From the NCBI RefSeq assembly GCF_000143415.4, contig NW_003314266.1:890463-954462 (forward strand): a stretch of 64,000 nt of DNA, given 5' to 3'. The notes under the pieces were generated by a model. The model did no database searches and had not been told where the DNA came from. It saw only the letters and a list, made by a program, of their open reading frames with translations. The stretch's first letter is position 1. Each line of letters starts with the position of its first letter. This document shows, in pieces, positions 23,701-35,296 of this stretch. The translations under genes and the position numbers were made by a program. This DNA is from Selaginella moellendorffii. Taxonomy: Eukaryota > Plantae > Lycopodiophyta.

Positions 23701-25150
23701 AGAGTTGGAGGACTTTGGGAAATCTCCTTCTGGAAAATACAATTTATGTCCCGATGCTACAAGGGGTATTTGCAAACGGTGAATATTAGGTTATAGGTGT
23801 AGAGCTCTATTGTTTTCTTGGATGGAAACACAGGAAGATATCGGGCCAGAGGGCATCAATTGAATTCAGTAGTTAGGGAATGGTCTCACCCTCATCCCCT
23901 GGGAGGGATGGCTTTGCCAGCTATGTTATGAAGAGGTGGAGACAATGACATACGAATGTCTGGCTTTTACACATATTCTGCAGTAATATCACTTCCCACA
24001 AGTTGGTATGGATGCAATCGCTCATCCCAAGGCTAAAGAGGTTGCCATATTTCTTTGAGGAATCACATGCTATTGGATGCAACTATTCTAAATTCTTTCC
24101 CCATAACTCCAAAATAAATATTAAGACTAAAAATGGGGTATTTATGAATCTATTTATTTAATGTTTTAGTTGGTGGTAATGGATATATTTATAAAATATA
24201 AAAATAAATATATTAATTGGGGTTTAGACCCTTGCTTATTGGATAGACTAAATTCAATCCTAAATAAATGGTCCATATGCTATAGTACTATAATTAGTGT
24301 ATTATTTAGCCAAGGTAATACATATATATACATACATGTATTTACAAACCTTACATATCTAAAATATGTTTGAATATTTTTGGATACCTTTACAACCCCT
24401 GTTGCCACTATTGTAGTTCTCAAGGACTTTGATGTAATTCGGTGGAATCCCCTTCATGTATGGGATCATAATTTACCATATTAATCATTTAAATTAATTT
24501 ATATTTATAATTTATCAACTTTCATTGTTTATAAACTAAATTCTTGAGCTTAGTTAAGAACTTACAAGTTGTGATGCATCCAACATAAAGTGGTAGCTTG
24601 AATTGGACCCTTAAATCCAATGTGAAGTAGTATGCCCATGGTTCCATTTTGGCATAGTTGATTAATAGGAACAGGGGCAAGTGCAGTTGGAAAGGGTGCC
24701 CTTTGTGTCTGACCAGCATCTTCCCAGCCTTGGTTGTGTAAGTCACAACATAGATTATCTTGAAAAGAGTATATGGCGATGACAGGCTTACAACCACCAT
24801 CTTCTCAAGCAGCGCGAAGCGTTTGTCAACGTCACGTCCCGGTGGTCCGGCGCACAGCCATGGATGCAGGGTGGCAGCATCATCTTCTTCCAAAGATTGA
24901 GCATCCACTGATGGGAGCCGTCTTCAAATACATGGGGTTTAGCTTCGCCTTCGGATCATAGAAAAAAGAAAAAAGGAAACCAAACAAAGATTGATGTTCC
25001 AGATTCTCATCCTCGAGGACTTTTATCTTCTACTGAAGTCATTGTATAAGCTAAGCTTAGAAACCACAGACTGTAGGTGAGGATAACACTTGATATGTTG
25101 CTTCATTGATTTCAAGGAAGCCAAGATATTTAAACCCGCATAGCCCTAAG

Positions 25151-26137
25151 ATGGCGAAGAAGCGAAAGGGTGGAGCGGCTCCGGCGGCCTCGGGGGCATC
25201 TTCCGAGGCTCAAGCAGTAACCTCAGGTTTGGTGGGAATCGGTAAGAGCAGAGCAGCGATTGAGATAGCGATTTCTGAGGCAGCAACAGCGATTGAGAAA
25301 GCGACTCCTGAGGCAGCAGCAGCAGCGACCTCGTCCCGGTCAGGTGTGGCCAGAAAGAGAATTCCATGCACTTCCGGCTCGAATTGGACAGAGGAGCAGT
25401 TGCAGTTCTTCAACATTCACGTAGTCCGTGAGGCTGGTTTTGAAGCTTTTTTCAAAGAAAAACCAAGGGAACAGTTTAACCAGGAGGTTGCGGAGTTTCT
25501 AGACCTGAATCTGGAAGTTGTGCGTCCCAAGACCAAGGATGTGGTATCAAGCCAAGTGAAGCATGCTGCCAAAGATCTGATCGCTGTGACCAAGTCTCAC
25601 AGGAACGACGAGAGTGCCGTGGATGACATGTCCAAATCGTTGCTCCAGCTGTTTGACTATGATTCAGGGGAAAGGTCAGTCAGAACAAGATGCACGTTGC
25701 AGCTGGAAATGTCGAATCGGAAAACCGAAGCTACTCCGGATGTTTGCGTTGAAGATGAGGATACCTCCATCAGATTACTCGTTGGGAAGGACAGGGATCT
25801 GAAAGGTCACCATCCTGTACCACAATTGATAGCAGAGGCAATTGCTGCGTATCAAGAGAATGTGGATCTGTGTGAGAGGCTTGTGCTTCCGGCGTATCCA
25901 GAAGAGAAGGTCATTCCAGGGATAGTTATGCTCGGTACAAGGCCCGCGTTCTACCTCATACACATGACCAGGGCTCTGTCGGATTGTGTGAAGCAGGGTG
26001 AGAAGCCAGAGTTTGTTACCATGGTACAGGAGTATGTGCCTCCTAATCTACCAGTCACCATTTCTGATGCAATGCTGGACAAAAGGTTGCGCTATCATGT
26101 CGGTCAGTGCCTAGAGTCATTCAAGCGGCATTTATAA
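25151..26137 (+). CDS. Intronless fungal-type restriction-endonuclease-fold (PD-(D/E)xK, Crinkler-REase-like) protein
   Basis: SGSNW...FNI, ESAVDD, PDVCV, PQLIAEAIAAYQEN, IPGIVMLGTRPAFY and final CLESFK match a family I recall as expanded in Agaricomycete and glomeromycete fungi. Confidence 0.7.
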   Translation: MAKKRKGGAAPAASGASSEAQAVTSGLVGIGKSRAAIEIAISEAATAIEKATPEAAAAATSSRSGVARKRIPCTSGSNWTEEQLQFFNIHVVREAGFEAFFKEKPREQFNQEVAEFLDLNLEVVRPKTKDVVSSQVKHAAKDLIAVTKSHRNDESAVDDMSKSLLQLFDYDSGERSVRTRCTLQLEMSNRKTEATPDVCVEDEDTSIRLLVGKDRDLKGHHPVPQLIAEAIAAYQENVDLCERLVLPAYPEEKVIPGIVMLGTRPAFYLIHMTRALSDCVKQGEKPEFVTMVQEYVPPNLPVTISDAMLDKRLRYHVGQCLESFKRHL

Positions 26138-26939
26138 TAGAGTTGTAGTTCGAACTGACCAGAGGGACGGAAGTTTAGGAGCATCTTTGTCTACTCTTAT
26201 CACTATTCTATAAGTTTTTGTCCCTCCATGCTTTCTAGACTCTAGCAGGCATGCTGATAGTTCACCTATTGTTCGCCTCCTCAGCCTTCACTGCGCTGCT
26301 CCTTTTTTGTTTTTGTTTTTTTTTTGCAAGTGCTTTTTTGATCGTTAGCACATTAGCACGGTGCCATTTCCTTATGCTCTCCTTTGCGCTGCTGCCTAAG
26401 CTTCGATCCAAGAGATCAGAGCGCTGAGAGCTTTCTAGAGCTTTCCTCCGGCGTTCACAAACCCCGAGAAGCTGATGGATGTCAGGTTTAAGGAGCACTC
26501 CTTTTTCTAGTCTTTGTGACTCTATTGCAGGTTTTGGGTGCCCGATAAGCAAGATAACCCAGCTAAGACGCAAGATCGTAATGGCAACGCGATTGGCGTC
26601 AAGGACCATGGTTCGTGTCGTTGCTGGTCCTTTCAAGGTAATTATTGACAATAGTCCAGCTCCATTTTTATTCATGGCCCTGTCAAGCATCTCAGCGGGG
26701 TCGACAACGGTTGTGATGCCCGTTGACTGTCAACTGAAGACCAGGTCAACAGGCGGTTAGGCGGCTAAGCGGCTGGGAGATTTAGCACAAGATTACCAAA
26801 TCTTTGGTGCTTCATTAGCTATCAGCAAGATGACTAGGTGGATTTTCTACCTCTAGCCAAGTTTTCCTACAACAACTCCGTTCACACTTCCATGGGGCAA
26901 ATGCTCTTCTTCGTCAACAGAGATTTCCTCGAGCACCCT

Positions 26940-27280
26940 CGACTCTATCAGTCCCAGCACAGAAGATCAACTTCACTGCCTCCTGGAGCTGCAACATACT
27001 CTGCATGAGCATCTTACTGCTGCCCAAGAATGCTACCGTCGTTTTACCTACACTCATCAACAATCAGCTCTGCGCTTCTCTATCGGCGACCTTGTGTGGC
27101 TTCTCTGTCGCCATCTGCCCACATCTCAAGCATGTGACAAACTCGACATTCGCCACTTAGGACATCATCGAACAAGTCGAGAATTTCCTGAACCTCGAAC
27201 TCGGCTTGCTCCACGACCTCTGAGTTTGTGTCGGGAAGGAGTTGGCAACGTGGGGTTCCATGGGATGAATCCGGATCATG
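26940..27280 (+). mobile_element. Ty3/gypsy integrase C-terminal relic
   Basis: [54 protein letters not shown] is the typical post-integrase (GPY/F-region) segment. Confidence 0.7.
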
Positions 27281-28810
27281 GATGGAAGCTCAAGGCGGAA
27301 AGGACTCCAAGCTGCTCTTGATTTTCTACCGTCCGTCACACGAGTCAAGGTCAACGGTCAACAAAGAAGCAATTGTCCTCCTTTAGGGTTTTCTCTCAAT
27401 TTGCTCCTTACACTTTTGAGTGCTTGGAATATGGAAAAGGAATATAGAGAATATACATATCAATTAGCCCAAAAACTCTAATTTATATACAGGAGTGTTC
27501 AGATTGAAATCAATTCAATGGCTACCAAAATCCCACTACGCTAATATTAGTATATGGCATCGTAGCTGTACACTTGGCCTTCATATCATCCCCTCCTCTC
27601 AGAATAATAGAAGGCCATCAGGGTTCTCTTGTAGAGGGGTTGGGATCTAAAAGAATGTTAGGAGGAGGCATTGGTGGATCTATAAGTGGTATTAATTGTT
27701 TCTGATCCCTTTGTATGAAGCGTTTCAACCACTGCACATGCACAATCTCTAAAGGATTGGCCTACTGGACGTCATGCCGAACCTCATAAATTTGTGGTCC
27801 AACTTGCCACAACACCTGATACAGTCCTTTCCACTGCGTAAGGAGCCCCTTAGATAAACCACGTACCATAAAATGGGGAAAACGGACTAACACCAAATCA
27901 TCCACTTTGTACTCCACAGGTGGACGATAATGGGAGTTGTAGCACCGTTGTTGTCCATTTGTACATGGCCTAAGTGTTTGGCAGGCTCTGCTCGGACAAA
28001 TGGAAGAATGCTCGTTAAATATTGATCCCATAACCTAGCATCGGGAGCTTGTGGCAATCACAAAGGTAAACCCAGCTCCGTTGGTAATATTAGATCATGA
28101 CTATATAGAAATTTATATGGTGAAGCACCAATAGAACTCTGCATCCCTGTGACATAAGCATACCAAAGAGATGGCAAATAACCATCCGAATCCGAATGTT
28201 GAAAGTTCACATACTTCGCAATCATCCCTTTGAATGTTCAAACGAGCCGTTCCACTAAACCGTCTGATTGTGCATGATAAGTACTCGTGAAAGTGTGGCG
28301 TATCCCCAACCGAGACGTCAAAACATGAAATGTCTTAGCCATAAATGCGGGACCATTATCCGAAAGAATTTTCTCTGGACAAAAATGCTAGAACACCACT
28401 CGATTGAGGAGGAAGTATCCAACAGCAGTTGCAAAAGCGCTAGCAAAAGCACCAACTTCCACCCAATGAGTTAAGTAGTCAGAAGCAATAATAACATACT
28501 CATTGCCAACAATCAACCGTGAAAAAGGTCCTATGAGATCAAATACCACCAACTCAAACGGACGGGAAACTGCAATTAACTTCAACTGTTCTTCCATAGC
28601 ACGAAGGGGAGTATTACGAGCTTGGCACCAAACACAGCTATGCATATACCAGATAATATCATGTCACATTTTTGGCCAATAGAAAGACCTGGGCAGCTTC
28701 TCAGTCGTCCCATATGCCCACCTAGAATAAAAGAATCATGGTAGGCATGGAGAAACCATAAGATAAAGACAAAAGGCACCACCAGTCGTAAATTATCATC
28801 AGGATCTATC

Positions 28811-29725
28811 TGTAGCGCATGTGATCATGGGATGAGATTTGGATATACTGTCACCGTGGATCCTTGGAACCTTGGGGGATAAATAGGGATAAAATAGCCA
28901 CTAAGGGCTCTCTCATCAAGCAATTGCTCTTTTTCCAGTTGGTTTAAGGGGAGAGAGATAAAGTGCGTTACAGTTGGTATTGGAGCAAATGACACGGGTT
29001 CGATTCCCATTGGCTACCTAAAATATAATATACCCTCAAGTAAGGTATATTCCTACCCCTAAATTTGAAAATTTGGGATTCTTGTGGAGCATCTCAGACG
29101 AAGGTATCCATCGTGGGACTGCGGTACGGGTGGATAATTAATTGCCTTACATGGAATAGCTGGTCTACACAATGGAAGGATTGGTAGATTCAGTGCTAGT
29201 TCCCCTTGGCTCAGTAGAGGTTATTAGTCAATAGTTAATGAGGACATTGACATCTCTAAAGGGGGGGTGAGTGTAACGCATGTGAATAGCTGACATGGAA
29301 TAGCTAGTCTACACAATGGAAGGATTGGTAGATTCAGTGCTAGTTCCCCTTGGCTCAGTAGAGGTTATTAGTCAATAGTTAATGAGGACATTGACATCTC
29401 TAAAGGGGGGGTGAGTGTAACGCATGTGAATAGCTGACATGGAATAGCTGGTCTACACAATGGAAGGATTGGTAGATTCAATGCTAATTCCCTGGTAGGA
29501 TTGGTCAATAGTCAATGAGGACATTGACATCTCTAAAGGGGGGGTGAGTGTAACGCATGTGATCATGGGATGCAATGTCCTCTCTAAAGGGGGGGTGAGT
29601 GTAACGCATGTGATCATGGGATGAGATTTGAATATACTGTCACCGTGGATCCTTGGAACCTTGGGGGATAAAGCAATTGCCCATTTTCCAGTTGGCTTAA
29701 GGGGAGAGAGATAAAGTGTATAATA
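28811..29725 (+). mobile_element. TRIM (non-autonomous miniature LTR element) nested in the gypsy pol region
   Basis: LTRs at 28811-28972 and 29600-29725; iMet-type PBS tggtattggagc; PPT aaagggggggtgag; TSD ctatc/ccatc. Removing it restores host EDGLLYFLG-x-DPDDNLRLVVP. Confidence 0.88.
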
Positions 29726-30561
29726 CCATCCCCAAAAAATAAAGAAGGCCATCTTCAATTCGATATTGAGAATGTAAATGCCAGAAAGGCAAGTCATTAG
29801 CAAGTGATGCAGGATTCTCAAACGCATCTTGAAGCTTTCGAATCCATGGCTCAATCTTTTGAGCCTCACGAACCTTATCAAGAGAAGGGAGATCTTGCTC
29901 TGTGACATTGAATGTCAAGTACAGCAACCGCCGATGGCACATAATCCTCATCTAGAAAATCCACAAATGCTGGAACAACAAGCTTGTCAGAAACATGAGA
30001 AGAAAGTGGAGAAGGAAGAGGAGCTCAAGAAAGAGCATCAACATCAGCCATAGAACTCCTTGGGTAATGAACAACATTAAAATCATATATTTGAAGCTTC
30101 AAAGCCCACCGAGCAGTACGACCAACTAGATTCTTCCGCTTCAATAACAAAGTAATAGTAGCATGGTCACCTTCAAGTAATGTCTGAGAACCATGTAGAT
30201 ATGCATGAAGTTTCTCGAAACCCTAAAATGCCGCTAAACACTCCTCTGTCGTGGAGTAGTTCACCACTGCTGGTTGTAACGTATGGCTTATATATGCAAT
30301 GGGATGACATTAACCAAGCACACTCAGGCTTTCTTGCATCAACACACCTCTAAGACCAATATCAGAAGCATCTATGTGCAAAATAAAAAGTTGACTATAA
30401 TCAAGATATGCCAAAACCAGAGGAGTTGTCAACAACTCTTTAAGATCTACAAACACTCGCTCACAATCTGAAGACCAGATGAAAGATGATGTTGATGACT
30501 TTAGCAATGTTTGCAACAGTGCAGTGTGATCAGAAAGATGATCCACAGAACGACCGAGATA

Positions 30562-31368
30562 CTACACCTTGCCCAAAAAGCACTGTACATCATTCACACA
30601 CTTCGGAGTAGGGAACTTTAGAAGAGCCACAAGTTTGTCAAGATCAACTTGCAAACCCTCACGAGAAATACAATACCCAAGATAAGTTGTGTCCTTAGAC
30701 CTAAACACGCATTTCGACCGCTTTAGCTTTAAACCAACGTCCCGTAGCTGATCCAACACTTTACACACATCACGAACGTGCTCCTCCCACGTCCCCTTTG
30801 AGTGAATCAAGACATCATCAATGAAGTTAGCAGTCACCTCTAGCATATCATAAAGAACCTCGTCCATCATCCGCTGGAAAGTTGCTGAAGCATTGTTCAA
30901 ACCAAACAGCATCACCAAGAACTCATATAAACCAAACGGTGTACGAAAAGCAATATTAAGAATATCTTTTTCGGCCATCGGTACTTGCCAGTACCCAAAA
31001 GCAAGATCTAGCTTGGTGAACCAATGACTTCGCCCCAAACGATCCAAAAGATTAGCAGTATGAGGAAGAGGGTACACATCTGGGATCATCACTTCATTTA
31101 ACAGATGATAGTCGATGCAGAAACAAATACTTCCATCAAGCTTCGTCACAAGATGAGGTTCACATGCCCAAGGACTCCACGACTTCTGAATAACACCCTT
31201 TTCCAACATCTCCTTGACGTTTGCACGTAAAATCTTGATCTCCTTGGGTGACCGATGACGAACATGAACCTTGATTGGACGAGCATCCCCGATTGAAATC
31301 AGATGATGTGTTGCAATCTTGGCCCCAGACGATAGGTCAAATTCAAAGAGATCAGAATACTTTTTCAT
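30562..31368 (-). pseudogene. Gypsy reverse transcriptase domain
   Basis: SPWA, FCIDY, YPLP, KLDLAFGYWQV, FRTPFGLYEF, FGLNNA..TFQR, FIDDVLI. Confidence 0.95.
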
Positions 31369-33583
31369 GAGCTAGTCAACCACTGCAACACAAAGATCGT
31401 TGGAGGGATCGGAAAAGGGAAGAGCAAAACAAGATGGAAACACAAGAGGAAATAATAGGGGAACAAAAGTAATGGAAGAAGAGGTAGAAGTAGAGGGATG
31501 AAGAGGTATGAAAGTGAGAGGAATGAATGAAATATAAGGAGGTATGTGTAAGCAACCAAAGGGAATGACTTGAAAGACGATTCATAGGGGTTCAAATATA
31601 GAGGGAAAGGGCCCATGAACAAGAGTGCACCGCTTTTTCCAATCGATTAAGGGTCTTGGGATAGTTGGAGTTAAGCGTCCTTGGGTTTGAATAGTACTAG
31701 GTTGGGTGACCTCCCGGGAAGTCCAAATTCAGGAGCTTACAGTATGAGAGAAGGGGGAGAAGCCTCAAAGTCATACTTGGCATGATTGCGCTGCAACCAA
31801 TCCATACCAAGAATAAGGTCAAAAGCTTGACTCGGCACCACCCGTAACGACTGCAGCTCAAGCACAACCAGATCCGCCTCATCCCATGCACATGTATGTG
31901 TACAGCTGTTGCCATAAAGAATGAAAACTGATTCTGCCGCACGATGCAAGTGTAGACGACAACGTAAGGCAACAGATCAAGCAATAAAAAATAAACTCGA
32001 ACCTATATCAACCAACACGGAAAGAATAATAGGAGTTGTCGTCGCAACAGATCAAGCAATAAAAAATAAACTCGAACCTATATCAACCTATATCAACCAA
32101 CACGGAAAGAATAATAGGAGACCTCTTGTTATAAAACGAGCTTGGAAAGTAAACACTGGATGAACTGATGCCGAGTGAACCCCTTGATGATACTCCCGAA
32201 ACAAAGATGGAGGGGTCACTAAGTTATTCGCACAAGGTCCTTTTATTACTCGCGCGACTCCTTGTTTCCCAGATGCATCCCAGTGTCCAAACCTTTCACT
32301 GCAGCAACACCAATAGGACGTTACTAATGCCAAGGTCTCCACCCAGGAAATGGAGGTCGTCAATCCGGAAAACGCCGACAGCGCTGATAAGTATGACCAA
32401 CTTCATCACATGCCCAACAGCGAACATCACGGCCACGACCACGTCCTTGCCCTTGTCCTTGGACTCAAGCAGCAGCAGCATCAACCTCTATTGGAGTAGA
32501 ACCATCACCCATAGGAAGGGGAGCTGAAGGATAAGTAGCGAGAAGTGGAAGAGGCGACGTCTCATAACATTGTGTCAAGCGAAGAGCATCATCAAGGGTG
32601 GCGGGAGCAAGTGCATGCACAAGTCCGATAAGATTTTGACGAAGTGCTGGCCACAATATTCCTAGCTTGATTCGCTTCGATATATTTGGCTCCGCACGAA
32701 GCAAAATACTTTGGAAACAAACGATAAATTGCATCACCGACTCAGATGGCCCTTGGTGAAGACGATGCAATTGTTTGAAGGCATCATCACAGTTGTCGGC
32801 ATGTCTGAAGGTGCGTTTGAAGATGTCCGGGAGAACACTTCAATCCCCACAACTGGCTGTGCTCAAACCATTGTACCATTGCAACGCCATCCCTTGGAGA
32901 CACATGGGAAACTCATGCAAACGTCGAGTATCATCCTAAGAATGATATGTGGCAATCATCGTGAAGTGATCGAACCAATGGTACACATCATCCCCAGGAT
33001 TCCCGTGAGAGAACTCTAGTTGAATGCGAGGATTAGCACCAAGAGCACCATGTGCCGTAAACGCCACTATCAACTAAGTTTGGTTGTTCAATTGCAAGCA
33101 TATAACATCAAGCAATTGTACCAACTGCTGCTCCAAAGTCAAAAGAGGAGATTGCTAATTTGCCATGAAGATAGACGAAGAAAGAGCAAAAGAAGAGAAA
33201 TGAAAAAAAGCAAGAAGGAAATGGAAAATCTAGACAATGCAAAAAGTTAAATCTAAACCAAAATGCTGAAAGGGAAAAACAAAAGAAAGTAAATAGAAAA
33301 AGTTAAATATAGATGATGCAAAAGCTAGATCTAAACTAAAATCCTAAATTTAAGCATTCCTTAGGAACAATCAAAAGTGCCCTTTATCTCTACTAATGTG
33401 AGTGTTTGGAATATAGAAAGGAAATATAAAAAATGTGCATATCAATTAGCCCAAAAACTCTAATTTATATACTGGTTTGAATTGAAATCAATCTGACAGC
33501 TACCAAAATCTCACTATACAGCATCGTAGCCGTACACTTGGCCCTCACAACTCCAAGATTCTTATTCCCAAAAGATTGTTTCC

Positions 33584-33643
33584 AACGTGGCCTTAAAATG
33601 ACGTGCCAGCAGAATAGTGTGCCACGTGGCGATAAATGACGTG
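33584..33643 (+). promoter_or_regulatory. Cluster of bZIP sites (UPRE-like TGACGTG x2, perfect G-box) upstream of TIN1
   Basis: TGACGTG at 33599 and 33637, GCCACGTGGC at 33621, AACGTGG at 33584. Confidence 0.65.
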
Positions 33644-33703
33644 CAGAGGCTTACATGGCGCGTTCTTATTCGCCCAAGCGACGCGGAGGTTTTAGGTTAC
33701 AGC

Positions 33704-35047
33704 ATGAGGCTTGTTTTGGCGCTCTCGTTCGCGCTATGGCTTTCGCTCGCGATCGTTTTCGCGGTGGAATCCGACGATAAGGGTCTCGGCGCTGTTCTGG
33801 TAATCGAAAGTTCCATCGATCGAGCAATCTCTGATTTCTTTCTCCCATTCTCTCCTCCAGGAAGCGACGGATAAAATCGTCCAGCAGCTAGGATGGAAGC
33901 GCGAGGATGTGAATGTGTCGCGGGTCTACTCCCGGAGGATGGGGCAAGCACTGATGTACGAATTCGACATCGAAATCGGTGGAAATATTTTCCCGATCAA
34001 GCTCGCCGAGGACATCAGTACATGGCGCTATGTAGACGAGCTCTCAAATCACGGCACCGACAAGGCGATGGTGGAATTTGGACACTGGGATGACGCGGCG
34101 CTGGCTCCATTCAAGATCGCAGGGCCGGTTGAGCTCTGGATCCAAGATGCCAAGGACCTCCGGCTCGCAATTCCGGTATGCATTCATCACGTTCTTGAAT
34201 CGATCGCTAAAAAAGCCTTTCTTGTTTCCAGAACGATGTGGATGCTGGAGCGTTGCGAAAGGTTTTGCTAGCGGATGGCGCCACTGTGACAGTACTAGGA
34301 GCTCGAGAGATAAGTCTGACGAAGCCATTCAAGGTACCTTTGCCGCTGGTTGGCAGCGGTGATGATCACGCTTCCAGCATCTTGGCACTCTCGGAACAGC
34401 TCAGGCAAGCATCCCGATCCAGCGACCGGCCGATCCTATCACTCCGAGTGGTGAAGCCATCTTCGCTGGTGGCATCCGCCCCGGAGCAGCTGGATTCTCC
34501 GCCGGAGCGCCTCAAAGTGAAGAAACTTTCACCGGGGGCAGTGGAACTGAGCAGCAGGGCGCTGGACAAACTCGCAGGAGGTGAGATCGAATTGAGTGGC
34601 GGTAGCAGCAGTGGCAAGTCACAGTGGCTGTGGCCGCTTCCATCCGTGAACACGTCTGGACCAACCTTGCGGAGCTTGGAGCAAGCGCTCAAGCTCTTGC
34701 TCGGCCCCAGCGCTCACAGGCCGGGCTCCTTCAGCCTCCTCCGCGCCAAGGCCGCGGCAGCGAAGTTCGTCAAGGTGGAATTCGAGCTGGAGAAGCGCCT
34801 AGATGGCGACGATGATGCTCTACCCGAATGGGCAACCAGGCCGACGATCCAGCGGCTCCAGTTTGAGGTCCTGTCCAAGATCGACGGCGACAAAGTGATC
34901 CCCATGAGCGTCCGGCCTTTGGAAACGTATCCCTCGGCTACCACCGCATCGTTCGATTTTTTTAGTGGCAACACCACTAGCTTGGAAAGCATGGCATCGA
35001 CATTCCTTCCTCCAGTGAGCCCTTTGACACTCGACGTAAGTTGGTAA
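33704..35047 (+). CDS. TIN1: TUNICAMYCIN INDUCED 1-like secretory protein (3 exons)
   Basis: Signal peptide; YEFDIEI, LAPFKIAGPVELWIQDAKDLRLAIP/NDVDAGALRKVLLADGATVTVLGAR, LPEWATRP. Confidence 0.88.
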
Positions 35048-35296
35048 AATCGCTTGGTGAATCGCCACTAGATTTTTCTGGATGAAATCATGAAGGGTTT
35101 TCCATGTATCATAACGTAAGTTGGTAAAATTTGGTAAACACATAAAATCATGTAAATCATAGCGATAAGTTGGTAAAAGTTGGTCACAACTGGATAAAAT
35201 CATGTAAGAGTTTACCACAGAGAATAACGATCGTAGCAAATTCTTGGCAAAAAGGAAAAAATTCCAGTTAGCGATCGAAGATGCGAAGCTACCTAT

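Larger units (their letters stand above)
27415..33549 (-). mobile_element. Full-length but decayed Ty3/gypsy LTR retrotransposon with very short LTRs
   Basis: LTRs at 33397-33549 (TG..CA) and 27415-27585; PPT at about 27586-27600. Gag (32465-32770), CCHC knuckle CWACDEVGHTYQRC (about 32370-32425), protease (LVDIGS, LILGMDWL), RT (FIDD), RNase H (IDASDIG) and integrase (H..H/CVWC, DLIGPF, DYLTHW) lie in gypsy order with many stops and frameshifts. Confidence 0.93.

Noticed and set aside
24522-24961. ORFs of 128 and 62 aa
   Set aside because: No recognisable motif; lies in decayed sequence.
26262-26760. 142-aa minus-strand ORF
   Set aside because: No domain recognised, poly-A-like tail, adjacent to TE relic.
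27410-33554. TSD for the gypsy element
   Set aside because: Flanks acact and actcc do not match.
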